From an uncultured delta proteobacterium (GTDB taxonomy: Bacteria > Desulfobacterota > Binatia > UBA9968), in the NCBI GenBank assembly GCA_963737905.1, contig CAVTUQ010000031.1, positions 16,971-80,970 of the forward strand: a DNA stretch of 64,000 nucleotides, given 5' to 3'. The position numbers and the translations under genes were made by a program. The notes below the pieces were generated by a model. It was not told where the DNA came from. It made no database searches and saw only the letters and a program-made list of their open reading frames with translations. Positions 20,286-30,770 of this stretch are shown in pieces. Numbering within the stretch: position 1 is the first letter of the stretch; every line of letters begins with the position of its first letter.

Positions 20286-21307
20286 CTATTGCGCGAATTT
20301 TTTTCTCATCTCCGGCAAGAAGCCGCTCTCCTCGAGATTCTCACGGCGCTGGTCACAAGCAACTGGTCCAGTTCGACTTCCTGAACCTTCGGATTGATGC
20401 GCGAGACTATGCGCTGAATGAGTCGCCAGACCTCCGTGCTCGGCGCGACATCCAGACTCGGCATCTGCTGGCGCGTGACTTTGTAAGAAGCCTCGATATC
20501 TTCCTCCTTGCTCAGGCGAAGGTTTTTTTTCAAAACTTCCATGACATCGTGTTTGTGAGTCGGGTCTTGAATATAGACCAGCGCTTCCACCAGACCTTTG
20601 GTCAACCCAACCATGATCTCCAGCGAGACGGCGCTGGAGTCTTTTTGGGAACAAATCGCCGTTGCTTGATAGTTGATTTTCACCGCCCCAACGTCCGCCA
20701 GAGAACGGGCGCCGGCTCGCTTAGCCATATCGGCGAAACTGTAGGGAATGACCGCCGCATCGACATTTCCTGACATTAGCGCCTGAGTCACCGTGGTGGT
20801 ATCTCCAAGGACTCGCATGTTGAGCTTGTACTTGTCCGGGTCGAGACCGAGCCCGTCGAGGGCAACCATGGTGGACAACCAGAAGCCGCCGCCGATGCTC
20901 TGCACGCCGAAAGTCTTGCCGCGCAGATCTTCAATTGAGTCGATTCCTTTTCTGACGATTAATTCACGGGGCATCTTGTTGCTGCCGACGGCAAAGCAAC
21001 CGAGTTTCATGCCGCCCACTGTCGCGCTGAGAGCGCTGCTGGGTGCCGCCCAAACCAAAGGCGCCCCGCCCGAGGCGAGGGTCGCCATCATGATCGGACC
21101 GCTACGTGTTTGCAGCACCCTGGGATCGAGCCCGTGCTTTCTGAACAATCCCTTTTCTATTCCCACCCATAAGGGGGCCATGGTCTCATTATGGCCGCCG
21201 TAGGCGATGAGCAGCGGGCCGGCGGCATGGGCACTGCCGAAGATCGAGAGAAAAAAGATGATAAGAGATAAAGCCAGGCACGAGTGTCTCAAATTCGCCA
21301 GGTTCAT
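20286..21307 (-). CDS. NMT1/SsuA-type ABC substrate-binding protein (frameshift near 20340)
   Basis: Signal peptide; LWVGIEKGLFRKHGLD, DLRGKTFGV. The paralog-like ending NLEESGFLPEMRKKFAQ* lies in the adjacent frame. Confidence 0.85.
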
Positions 21308-21386
21308 TATTCAACTCCTCTTTGTAGTTATTGCCGCTCCTATTACCACAACTTTTGCTGGTTAAGGAATAGCCTTGTTCGTTGAA

Positions 21387-22367
21387 TCATTTTGCCGTCG
21401 CTAGTTCGGCGAAGCATGTCTGTGCTTCCACCGGCTTGTCGATTACCTTTAACTCAACAAGCTGTTGCACCAGCGTTTGCCAACGATCGAGGGTCATCGT
21501 TCCCAGGCCCGACCGCTTTGTCTCTGGGCTCTCAATTAGCGGCTCCTGGGCTGCCGCACTGTCCTTGAACGTCTGTGCATCCATCGTCGGATTGAGCCGG
21601 GCCATATATTCGTTGGCTTTCGCCGGGTCGGCAAGGTAGGCCTGCCATCCTTCGCGCACCGCGTCGATCATCGACTTGACGATCTCCGGATTCGATTTCA
21701 GATAACTCTCGCTGGTGGCCAGGACAGTCGTGTATGGATTGTAGCCCGATTCGGCGATCAGAAATGTCTGAGGCTCGATGCCGGTTTTCTTCGCCGCCAG
21801 CGGCTCGGACGTGACGAAGCATTGCATCGCATAGTTTTCCTCGGTGCGATACAGACTCAGATCACCGAAGGGCGAAGGGACGATTTTCAACTTGCCGAAG
21901 CCGTATTTTTTCTGGAGAAAATCGGAATACGGGAGCCCACGCTCCATGGCCAGTATGCCTGGGTGGGTGAAGACGTCTGCCAGGGTTTTGAATCCGCGCG
22001 AGGCGCGGGTCATGATCCCCTGCGGGTTGGTCTGGTAGACGGCAAACAGCGCGACCACTGGATTGCCGACGAAACGCGCGCGCACGATCTCATCGGCACT
22101 GACGATGGCGAACGGTACCGTGCCAGCGCCGATCATATCGACGGTTGGCGCGCCGGCACCCCCCGCAGTGATGGTCACGTCCAGTCCATGGCGCGCATAG
22201 ATGCCATCCACTTGAGCGGCATAAAATCCTCCGAACTGAGGCTCGGGCTTCCAGTTGAGTTGTAAGGTGACCTCGGAGCGATTCCCGCCACCAGATGAAT
22301 CGTTTCCCTTTCCGCATCCTCCCAAAAAAGCCGCCACCGTTATTCCAACCACGATCATCTTGAACAT
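21387..22367 (-). CDS. NMT1/THI5-like ABC substrate-binding lipoprotein
   Basis: Lipobox-like FLGGC; LQLNWKPEPQFGGFYAA; GYNPYTTVL. Confidence 0.9.
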   Translation of the reverse strand: MFKMIVVGITVAAFLGGCGKGNDSSGGGNRSEVTLQLNWKPEPQFGGFYAAQVDGIYARHGLDVTITAGGAGAPTVDMIGAGTVPFAIVSADEIVRARFVGNPVVALFAVYQTNPQGIMTRASRGFKTLADVFTHPGILAMERGLPYSDFLQKKYGFGKLKIVPSPFGDLSLYRTEENYAMQCFVTSEPLAAKKTGIEPQTFLIAESGYNPYTTVLATSESYLKSNPEIVKSMIDAVREGWQAYLADPAKANEYMARLNPTMDAQTFKDSAAAQEPLIESPETKRSGLGTMTLDRWQTLVQQLVELKVIDKPVEAQTCFAELATAK

Positions 22368-22388
22368 TTCTTTTACCTTTCAATCGCA

Positions 22389-23156
22389 TCAAGTTTCGGC
22401 TTCGGACGTGTGCCAGCGCCGGAGCGCCAGCCAGCTGGTGAGATTGACCAGCGTGAACAACACAATACCCAGAAGCGATGCCAGCAGCAGGCCGGCGAAG
22501 ACTTTATCGACGCGGTTCTGCTGGCGCGAAACCATGATGGCGCCGCCGATGCCGCTGCCGGTGATGAATTCGCCGACGATGGCGCCAATGACCGCAAGGC
22601 CCGCGGCGATGCGCATTCCAGTCATCACCTGAGGCAGCGCAAAGGGCAGGCGCAGCTTCACCAATGTCGCCAGACGCTTCGCGTCGTATAGTTTGAACAG
22701 GTCGCGCAAGGCCGGGTCGGTGGACAATAAACCGGTCAAGGTATTCGCGATAACCGGGAAAATCGATACGATGAATGCGGACGCGACCACCGTGCGATCC
22801 CAGCCGAACCAGATGACCAGCAGTGGCGCGATGGCGATGATCGGCACCGTCTGAAAAAACACCGCATACGGATAGAACGCGCGCTGCACCCAGGCCGCCG
22901 AAGACAGTGCAATCGCGATCAGGGTGCCGATGATTGCGCTCATGCCGAAGCCGATAAGAGATGCGTTCGCGGTATTCAACGTTGCCCGCCAGAGCTCCGG
23001 CCAATCACGAAACAGGGAGAGAACCACGCTCGATGGCGCCGGAACCAGAAATGAGGGTATCCACCTTTGGTTCACGGCGAGTTCCGTAGCCAGGCTCACC
23101 ACGACGAACGGGACAATGGGCGGAAGCACCGTGCGCACCAAGTTATGCGCGTTCAT
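22389..23156 (-). CDS. ABC transporter permease (SsuC/TauC-like)
   Basis: QTVPIIAIAPLLVIWFG, KLRLPFALP, GAIVGEF. Confidence 0.93.
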   Translation of the reverse strand: MNAHNLVRTVLPPIVPFVVVSLATELAVNQRWIPSFLVPAPSSVVLSLFRDWPELWRATLNTANASLIGFGMSAIIGTLIAIALSSAAWVQRAFYPYAVFFQTVPIIAIAPLLVIWFGWDRTVVASAFIVSIFPVIANTLTGLLSTDPALRDLFKLYDAKRLATLVKLRLPFALPQVMTGMRIAAGLAVIGAIVGEFITGSGIGGAIMVSRQQNRVDKVFAGLLLASLLGIVLFTLVNLTSWLALRRWHTSEAET

Positions 23157-23941
23157 GCCTGTCTCCCGTCACCGCGCTCTAAGGCCTCGAACAAAACGCG
23201 CATTTGCTGTGAGAACTGCGGCTCGGTACGGAGCGCGGCAGCGCGCGCTTCGGGCAAATCGAGCCTGTGATCTAAAATCACACGGGCCGGACGGCGCGTG
23301 AGCACGACCGCGCGCTGCGCCAGAAACGTCGCTTCCACGATGGAATGCGTGACAAAGATCACCGTCATTCGCCGTTCAAACCAGAGCTGGTGCAGGTGCT
23401 CGTCGAGCTGCTGGCGGGTAATCTCATCAAGCGCGGCAAAAGGCTCGTCGAGCAGCAATAATAACGGACTGGTGACCAGCGCCCGAGCCAGGGACACGCG
23501 CATACGCATCCCTCCGGAAAGCTCGGCGGGATAGCGCGTGATCGCGTCCACTAATTCGACCCGCTCGATGGCCTGAGCAGCGGCCGCCAAGCGCTCGGCG
23601 CGCGGTACGCCGCTCAACTCGAGCGGTAGCGCCACGTTGTTCAAAGTGTTGCGCCACGGCAATAGATAGGCATCCTGAAAGACGTAACCGATGTGACGGT
23701 GAGCGGTTCCACCGGAACCGGTTTGAATCGAACCGGAGTCGGGTTTGTCTAGACCGGCGATGATGCGCAGGAGGGTCGATTTACCGCAGCCGGAGGGACC
23801 CAAGATTGCGACGAACTCGCCAGGGGTAATGCGGAGATCGATGGCGTCGAGGGCAGTGACCGGCCCGGGAAAGACCCGCCGGATCCCGCGCAAATCTACT
23901 GAGATGCCTGACAGCGGCGCTGCCGTGGGATCAAGCTGCAT
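23153..23941 (-). CDS. ABC transporter ATP-binding protein (SsuB/TauB-like)
   Basis: GPSGCGKST, LSGGMRMR, LLLLDEPF, FVTHS. Confidence 0.95.
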   Translation of the reverse strand: MQLDPTAAPLSGISVDLRGIRRVFPGPVTALDAIDLRITPGEFVAILGPSGCGKSTLLRIIAGLDKPDSGSIQTGSGGTAHRHIGYVFQDAYLLPWRNTLNNVALPLELSGVPRAERLAAAAQAIERVELVDAITRYPAELSGGMRMRVSLARALVTSPLLLLLDEPFAALDEITRQQLDEHLHQLWFERRMTVIFVTHSIVEATFLAQRAVVLTRRPARVILDHRLDLPEARAAALRTEPQFSQQMRVLFEALERGDGRQA

Positions 23942-24152
23942 AGTTGGAACGTTTGAAGGAGTTTAATTGGCTTGCAGGCAACGGACAGAACCGCGATTTT
24001 CCTTAGCGTAAAAGTTCTTTTGAAGAGATACTGCAGTGGTCGATTGCCTGTCAAGTTACACTCTAGTGCAAAGTGGTGGGTTAGTGTATACGTTGTACGG
24101 CTCTCCAACCACTCTAGAACCAACGGTCGAGGCAACGCGGAGCGATAACGAG

Positions 24153-25134
24153 ATGAACATTGACTTGCACTCTCATTTTTTTCCCATCGAGGCATTATCC
24201 AATCCCGGTAAGTACCAGGATCGCGCGCCCAAGATCATGCTGGATAATGGAAAGTTGAAGGTCACATCGCAAATAGGAATGAGGGCGGGTCTCGGGGAAG
24301 GAGCCTACGATGCGCTGGCGCGGACTCAAAGCGCTGGACGACATGAGCATCGATCTGCAGGCGATTTCGCCGTCGCCGATCTTGTTATTTTATTGGGAAG
24401 AGCCGGCGATAGCGGCACACTTTTCACGCAAGCAGAACGAGGCGATCCAAGAGATTGTCAAGAAACATCCGGATCGGTTCGTCGGCTTTGGCAGCGTGCC
24501 TTTACAGAGCATTCCCGAAGCCGTCGCCATTGCCGAAGAGGCAAAGAGTATGGGCCTTAGAGGTTTGGAGATCGGCAATGCCGTTGGAGAGCGGCAGCTC
24601 GACGAGCCGATCTTTGAGCCGTTTTTTGACGCGGTCCAGGCGCTAGATATGTTGTTATTCGTTCATCCTTTGGAAGGCGGCGTCGACGCCGGCGATCCGA
24701 TCGCCGGCGTGCTCGGGAACGTATTGCAGTTTCCGTTTCGGACGACGTTGATGATCGAGCGCATGATTCTCAAAGGAATGTTCGAGAAATACCCGAACCT
24801 TCGCCTCTGCCTCTCTCACGGCGGGGGATTGCTGGCGTTTAATATTTGGCGCCTCGACCACTCATACGATTTACGGCCCCACCTCAAAAAGACTATTCCC
24901 CAGAAGCCTTCGGCGTACCTGAAGAAATTTTACTTCGATTCCATCGTCCATTCCGGCGCGGCTTTACAATACTTGATCCAGGTTGTCGGGGCGGACCGTG
25001 TAGTAGTGGGCACGGACTATCCCATGGCGATGGGTGATTTCGAGCCCGTCCACAAGATCAATTTGCTGACCCTCACGGATGAAGAGCGGAACCAAGTCCT
25101 TGGCGCGAACGCAGCAACAGCCTTGAAACTTTAG
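24153..25134 (+). CDS. Amidohydrolase family protein, ACMSD-like decarboxylase (frameshift near 24323)
   Basis: MNIDLHSHFFP...YDALAR(+1 base)LKALDDMSIDLQAISP...LFVHP...LSHGGG...GTDYPMAMG. Confidence 0.82.
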
Positions 25135-25188
25135 GACCAAAAGAATAAGAGAGCTGATCGCGTCAATAGATCGAGGTCTGTCAAGCTG

Positions 25189-25968
25189 ATGGCCCCGCTG
25201 CTGTCCATCGAAGGAGTCTGCAAGGAATACCAGGTTCGGGGGAGAAGAGTTTTAGCCCTCGATTCGGTGGACCTTAGCGTCGCTGAGGGCGAGTTCGTCA
25301 CGATTGTTGGCCCCTCCGGATGCGGCAAATCGACATTGTTGAATCTCATCGTGGGGCTGCTGCGTTCCAGCTCCGGGCGTATTCTTTTTCACGGCAAAGC
25401 GATCGACGGCATATCGACGAAGATCGGTTACGTGACGCAAAAAGATAATCTCCTCCCTTGGCGCAGCCTGATCGAAAATGTGGAGATCGCGTTGGAGATC
25501 CGAGGCCTGGAGAAAAGTCAACGACGGCAACGAGCGGGCGATCTGATTGCGCAGGTCGGACTGCACGGATTCGAAGACCATTATCCCCACGAGCTTTCCG
25601 GAGGGATGCGCCAGCGGGCTAACATCATTCGCACATTGATCTACGATCCTGAGCTGATCCTCATGGACGAGCCGTTCGGCCCTCTCGACGCCCAGACCCG
25701 AGTTGTGCTGCAGGAGCAGTTGCTCGCTCTTTGGTCCAGCACGAAAAAAACGATCGTCTTTATCACTCACGACCTCGTGGAAGCGATTTCCCTGGCTGAT
25801 CGTGTCGTGCTGATGACTTCCAGACCGGGAAAAATCAAGTCCATTGCAGAGGTCGGTATTCCCAGGCCGAGAAATGTGTATCAAATTCATGAACACCAGG
25901 AGTTCCGCGCAGTCTATGAGAATTTGTGGCGAGAGCTGCGCCCGGAAGTCAAAATGGCGGAAGTCTAA
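25189..25968 (+). CDS. ABC transporter ATP-binding protein (TauB-like)
   Basis: GPSGCGKST, LSGGMRQR, ILMDEPF, FITHD. Confidence 0.95.
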   Translation: MAPLLSIEGVCKEYQVRGRRVLALDSVDLSVAEGEFVTIVGPSGCGKSTLLNLIVGLLRSSSGRILFHGKAIDGISTKIGYVTQKDNLLPWRSLIENVEIALEIRGLEKSQRRQRAGDLIAQVGLHGFEDHYPHELSGGMRQRANIIRTLIYDPELILMDEPFGPLDAQTRVVLQEQLLALWSSTKKTIVFITHDLVEAISLADRVVLMTSRPGKIKSIAEVGIPRPRNVYQIHEHQEFRAVYENLWRELRPEVKMAEV

Positions 25969-25992
25969 AAGAAATAAAGAAAGGAAAATTGT

Positions 25993-27006
25993 ATGAAACA
26001 TCTCATCTGCATCATCTATGGGCTGGTTTCTTTTCTCGTGTTCTTTCCCGCGGACCTTCGCGGCCAGACCCCCAGGAAAGTCAAGTTGACTATTCCGGTC
26101 GTAGCACTTTCAATGACGCCGGTGTATCTGGCTCAAACAAAAGGTTTCTTTGCGGAAGAAGGGTTGGATGTGGATGTGACGTCCACGGGTGGAGGCGGTC
26201 CCGACATCAGAGCCCTGATAGCCGGGGAGGTGGATTTCAGCTTTACCACCGGAGACAATGTGATTCTGGCCTATCAGGAGGGCAAACCCCTCGTCATGGT
26301 CGCGAGCGCTCTCAACAGACTGTTCATCAATTGGGCGATTCACAAAGAGTCGGCAAAAGCCAAGGGAATCACCGAGACCAGCCCGCTCGAGCAAAAGCTT
26401 AAATCGCTCAAGGGACTCACGGTGGGGGTCACGAACCCAGCGGCTCTGACGGCACATTTGGCCCATTTTGTGATCCGCAAGGCGGGGTATACCCCCCAGC
26501 AAGACGTGCAGATCATTCCTGTCGGCGCCGGACCGACCTGGCTCGCCGCCCTCGAAAACCGCAAAGTCGATGTGGCATTGACGGCTCCTCCAGTCCCCGA
26601 GACCGCAATCAATCGAGGGTTCGCCATGATGTTCATAGAAAACACTAAAGGCGAAGATCCTTCGATCTCCGAATTTCTCATGGAGAATCTCATTGCGCGT
26701 CCGGAGACACTAAAAAAAGATCCGGATCTGGTGCGCAGAATGGTACGGGCCTTAACTAAGGCCAACAAGTGGGCGCTTAGCAGTACCCCGGAACAGGTCG
26801 CGGATGCCCTCAGACCGACCTTCGCGAAGACAGATCCAGCGATTCACCTGGTCGGGGTGAGAGCGGTCCTCCCGACGTTAAGCAAGGACGGCCGAACCAC
26901 CGAGAAAAGCGTTCAAGCAACCCAAGACGTCCTCGAGCAAGCGGGACTGCTCAAAAAACGAGTGGCTTACGGCGACGTCGTCAGCAACGAATTTTTACCG
27001 AAATGA
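25993..27006 (+). CDS. NMT1/SsuA-type ABC substrate-binding protein
   Basis: Signal peptide; PVYLAQTKGFFAEEGLDV; LKGLTVGV; lies between ATPase and permease genes. Confidence 0.9.
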   Translation: MKHLICIIYGLVSFLVFFPADLRGQTPRKVKLTIPVVALSMTPVYLAQTKGFFAEEGLDVDVTSTGGGGPDIRALIAGEVDFSFTTGDNVILAYQEGKPLVMVASALNRLFINWAIHKESAKAKGITETSPLEQKLKSLKGLTVGVTNPAALTAHLAHFVIRKAGYTPQQDVQIIPVGAGPTWLAALENRKVDVALTAPPVPETAINRGFAMMFIENTKGEDPSISEFLMENLIARPETLKKDPDLVRRMVRALTKANKWALSSTPEQVADALRPTFAKTDPAIHLVGVRAVLPTLSKDGRTTEKSVQATQDVLEQAGLLKKRVAYGDVVSNEFLPK

Positions 27007-27788
27007 TTTCGCGCGGTCGATTATTTCTTTATCGGCTGCTCTTCGGTCTCGTGCTTCTGGCTTTGTGGGAGCTGAGCTCGGGAAGATGGATCGATCCCTT
27101 TTGGGTGTCGAGCCCGTCGCGAGTTTTCGGCTATCTCTACGAGGTGATTGCCGACGGCTCGATATTCGGTCACGTCGCGATCACGTTGTATGAAACCTTT
27201 ACCGGGTTTTTTATTGGAGCCATCTGCGGCATCGGTTTAGGCTTTCTGCTCGGCCAGCGGGAGACGCTGGCTCAAATTATTGATCCTTACATCGTTGCGT
27301 TTAACGGCATTCCGCGCATTGCCCTGGCGCCTTTGTTTATTATCTGGTTCGGCATTGGTTCGACTTCAAAGGTCGTGCTCGTCGTAATCGTGGTGTTCTT
27401 TCTCACTTTTTTCAATACGTACGCCGGGATCAAAGGCGTGGATGCGGAGCTCAAGAACATACTGCGTATCATGGGAGCGACGGAACGGCAAATTTTGATG
27501 AAAGTCACGATTCCGGCGATCGTTCCGTGGATCACCACGGGATTAAAGATCAGCGTTCCCTACGCCATCGTGGGCGCAGTCGTGGGAGAATTCATCGCCG
27601 CCAGCAAAGGATTGGGTTATCTGATTAACTACCAAACGTCGCTCTTTTCCACCACGGGCGCCTTGGGCGGCATTCTGGTTCTGGCTCTGGTCGTTGTGGT
27701 GTGCAACGAAGCGATCAACCGGGCGGAAGCTTATTTGCTCCGCTGGCGCCCGAAAGAAGAGAGAAAAAGCGAGGGCGAATTGTTTTAG
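27003..27788 (+). CDS. ABC transporter permease (TauC-like)
   Basis: IPRIALAPLFIIWFGIG, GAVVGEFIA. Confidence 0.93.
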   Translation: MISRGRLFLYRLLFGLVLLALWELSSGRWIDPFWVSSPSRVFGYLYEVIADGSIFGHVAITLYETFTGFFIGAICGIGLGFLLGQRETLAQIIDPYIVAFNGIPRIALAPLFIIWFGIGSTSKVVLVVIVVFFLTFFNTYAGIKGVDAELKNILRIMGATERQILMKVTIPAIVPWITTGLKISVPYAIVGAVVGEFIAASKGLGYLINYQTSLFSTTGALGGILVLALVVVVCNEAINRAEAYLLRWRPKEERKSEGELF

Positions 27789-27799
27789 CGGGTAAACCG

Positions 27800-28294
27800 A
27801 TGGCCAAGAAAGAAAGCGCCGGTATCCTAATGTATCGATTCCGTAATTCGATACTGGAGGTTTTTCTCGTGCATCCGGGCGGTCCCTACTGGGCGAAAAA
27901 GGACTTGGGATCGTGGTCTATACCCAAGGGCGAATTTGAACAGGGTGAAGATCGTCTCAACGCGGCGAAGCGGGAGTTTCAGGAGGAAACAGGATTTCTC
28001 CCGGAGGGGAATTTTGTTGCTCTTGTCCCGATCAAACAGGCGGGCGGAAAAGTCGTCTACGCGTGGGCGGTTAAAGGCGACGGCGATGCGAAAACGATCG
28101 TGAGCAACACGTTCTCGATGGAGTGGCCGCCGCGCTCCGGTAAGCGTCAGGAGTTTCCCGAAATAGATCGCGCTGAATGGTTCACGCTGGCAGCGGCGAA
28201 GGAAAGGATTTTGAAAGGTCAGGCAGGTTTGCTCGAAGAACTGTGTGAAATAGTTGAAAAGGATTTCAATGCGGAAAACAAGCAAGCCTGGTAG
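27800..28294 (+). CDS. NUDIX hydrolase
   Basis: SAGILMYR, VHPGGPYW, Nudix box GEFEQGEDRLNAAKREFQEETG. Confidence 0.92.
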   Translation: MAKKESAGILMYRFRNSILEVFLVHPGGPYWAKKDLGSWSIPKGEFEQGEDRLNAAKREFQEETGFLPEGNFVALVPIKQAGGKVVYAWAVKGDGDAKTIVSNTFSMEWPPRSGKRQEFPEIDRAEWFTLAAAKERILKGQAGLLEELCEIVEKDFNAENKQAW

Positions 28295-28361
28295 GCGTAA
28301 TTTCCTCCCTGACGGCCGAGGATTAAGGTCTGGATGAAAAACGGATACCCATGACACCTCT

Positions 28362-29198
28362 TTACTTCCCAGCCCGGGTCGCGCTCCAGTTGCCGTTACT
28401 TCCGCCTTTGATGGTTCCCTCCATGGAATTGCCGCTCACCCGCCCGGCGTATTGCGTCTCCCCCGCAGTGAATGTGATTTGATCACCATTGAGCCTGCCG
28501 TTGACCGGTGTGATGACATTACCGTCCTTAATGGTTCCCGAAACCATCTGGAAAGTCTGTTTGAGGTTTAGCTCTCCTTGCGGCAGTTTCCACGTGCCCC
28601 CGACTTTTGCCGGCACGATCCAAAGATGCGCCGTGCACCAATGGTCACAGCCGCTGACTGTGGCGTCCTCGTCGGGTTTCCAGTCTTCCATATCGAAAGA
28701 ATTCGATACGATGCGTGTGCCGGGCTTGAGATCGAGAATCTTCGGGCGCAGCTTGATATTGATGCTCGGCAGCAGAAACATCGTAATCACTGTGGCCTGG
28801 GAAAAGTCGGTTTCGAACAGATCGGCTTTCGTGAAAGTGGCTTTGTCACCAACGCCTTCCTTGGCGGCGTTCCGTTTGGAAAGCTCCACCATGTCCGGGT
28901 TGTATTCGATACCGAGCGCCTTGGTGCCTCGCTTCGCCGCGGTGATGACCGTGCGACCATCCCCGGAGCCGAGATCGATCACATAATCTTTCGGCGTGAC
29001 TTTGGCCATGTCGAGCATTTTGTCCACGAGCGCTTGCGGGGTCGGGACCCACACCACATCTTTACCCTCCTGGCCGACTGACGGCTGGTATTCCTTCGCC
29101 GGCTGCGCCTGGGCAAGGCCATGACCAAGAAGCGGAGTGAGACATAACGCCCAAAACAATTGGCGCAAAAAACGAGATTCATTATTCATATTAAACAT
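28362..29198 (-). CDS. SAM-dependent methyltransferase with a signal peptide and C-terminal beta domain
   Basis: GGAGG RBS before ATG 29198; signal peptide ending AQA; DVVWVPTP, VIDLGSGDGR. Confidence 0.85.
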   Translation of the reverse strand: MFNMNNESRFLRQLFWALCLTPLLGHGLAQAQPAKEYQPSVGQEGKDVVWVPTPQALVDKMLDMAKVTPKDYVIDLGSGDGRTVITAAKRGTKALGIEYNPDMVELSKRNAAKEGVGDKATFTKADLFETDFSQATVITMFLLPSINIKLRPKILDLKPGTRIVSNSFDMEDWKPDEDATVSGCDHWCTAHLWIVPAKVGGTWKLPQGELNLKQTFQMVSGTIKDGNVITPVNGRLNGDQITFTAGETQYAGRVSGNSMEGTIKGGSNGNWSATRAGK

Positions 29199-29504
29199 CT
29201 GTCTCCTCCCAATGTTTGCCAAGGAATTTACTCCATATCCCAAGGCCAAGAAAATGTCCAGAAACGGACTTCCTTGAGGAAAAGTAAATGTCAAAGGGTT
29301 ACAGCTCAGTCATGCGATCTCATGGCGGAAGAGGCCGACAGTTAAGGAAGCCCTATCACGAACCCGGAAGACGTGATCGATCACAGCATTTGCAGGAATC
29401 CGGAGACACGATGACGGATCCCTTTAAAGATGTTTGGCAGGCGACAATTCGCATGGTCAAGCAATGATTGAGGACGACGGGACCGGGCCCAAGATTCCAG
29501 GTAA

Positions 29505-30581
29505 TTAAGGCGCGTTAACAAGCCCCTCATCAACCAGGTAACGTTTAATTGCCTCAGCGACGGTGAGATGACCTGCGGGTTCCCAGTGTCCTCCCGATTT
29601 GAAGGTTTTTCCTTTGGCTATTTCCTCAGCAAAGTATGGCCTAGTAGAAAAGCACTTGGCTCGTTCGTTTAACTGGCACACCGAGAACATGTATTTCTCA
29701 TCTTGCGTCACGGCGACGTCCAGGGCGATTTCTCGCCCGCGTGGAAGATAGGCGAGTATTGGAATTGCGTGGATACTCTCCACCGACCGTATTAGCTCCA
29801 TCAATATGGCAGTCGTAATCGCTTCCATCTCTCGCTGTTGGAGCCCTGAAAATTTTTCGACTGAATGACGGATAAGTGAAAATAGATCTATTATCCTGGG
29901 TCTGGTCCAATCCCATTGCAGGATGTCCTCAGGACGTGGAACCGGGTTGCCTGTGAGTCTAAGCTCCCCTCCTTCTAGAACGAAACGCGGTTTCGCAAAG
30001 TCTCTGAATTTGAGTATATTTCTAGACATGTCTAAAGCAAGGAAACCCAAGATGACGATGTCCGGCTGGTATTTGACTCCTTCTTCCTTAAGAAGAATCA
30101 GCATTTGATCATGACCATAACCGTGCACACCCATGTTGATGACTTCGGTATGAGGGAGCATTTCTTGGAGATAGTAAGAATAGGTCTCATCATCGCTTAC
30201 TTCATCCCCGAAAGTAAATGAGTCTCCCAGTATCAATATTCGTAACTTTTCTTTGCTCTTAGTATACGGAAAGTCCTTCTTACCTCTAAAACCTTTAGAG
30301 TTGGTACTCAAAATCTTGTTGTCGAATGCCTTCACATCTCTAAGATTTGGCTTTGGTCTCCATCCTTTGGAGGAATTGTACATGTCAAATGCATAATACG
30401 CTTCCATTCCGTACTTTTGATGTTCCTGAACCCAATTGCGACGGTAGGTGTACTCCTCGTTCGCCTGTAGATGCTTAGCCACTTGAGGTATCGAAAGAGC
30501 CAGCCTTGCAGATCCCTCAAACAGAACGGCTAAGAAAACCAGATATGTAAAAACGAAAATAAATCTGTTTTTCCTGCTCAT
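29505..30581 (-). CDS. Membrane-anchored SGNH/GDSL family protein
   Basis: N-terminal TM; TNSKGFRG, ILGDSFTFG, NMGVHGYG, GHWEPAGH. More AT-rich than its neighbours. Confidence 0.85.
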   Translation of the reverse strand: MSRKNRFIFVFTYLVFLAVLFEGSARLALSIPQVAKHLQANEEYTYRRNWVQEHQKYGMEAYYAFDMYNSSKGWRPKPNLRDVKAFDNKILSTNSKGFRGKKDFPYTKSKEKLRILILGDSFTFGDEVSDDETYSYYLQEMLPHTEVINMGVHGYGHDQMLILLKEEGVKYQPDIVILGFLALDMSRNILKFRDFAKPRFVLEGGELRLTGNPVPRPEDILQWDWTRPRIIDLFSLIRHSVEKFSGLQQREMEAITTAILMELIRSVESIHAIPILAYLPRGREIALDVAVTQDEKYMFSVCQLNERAKCFSTRPYFAEEIAKGKTFKSGGHWEPAGHLTVAEAIKRYLVDEGLVNAP

Positions 30582-30770
30582 TGTGCGTCAATTGCAATAA
30601 GGGATGTGTTTGCCGTGGTTGAATGATTCGCCCTACGCATCCGTCGGGAATTACCACATTCTGCGAGTCAGTATCAATCTCAGGATTCTGAAAAGCAGTA
30701 CGAACGTTGACAGCGGCCATAAACAGGCGTTATGACGTACCGAGAAATTCGAAGTCACGGGAGGCAGCCA

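Noticed and set aside
24300-24340. Programmed frameshifting in the split amidohydrolase, binding-protein and GT genes
   Set aside because: No slippery heptamers at these sites, and intact paralogs exist. Only the IS3 A8G site fits programmed frameshifting.
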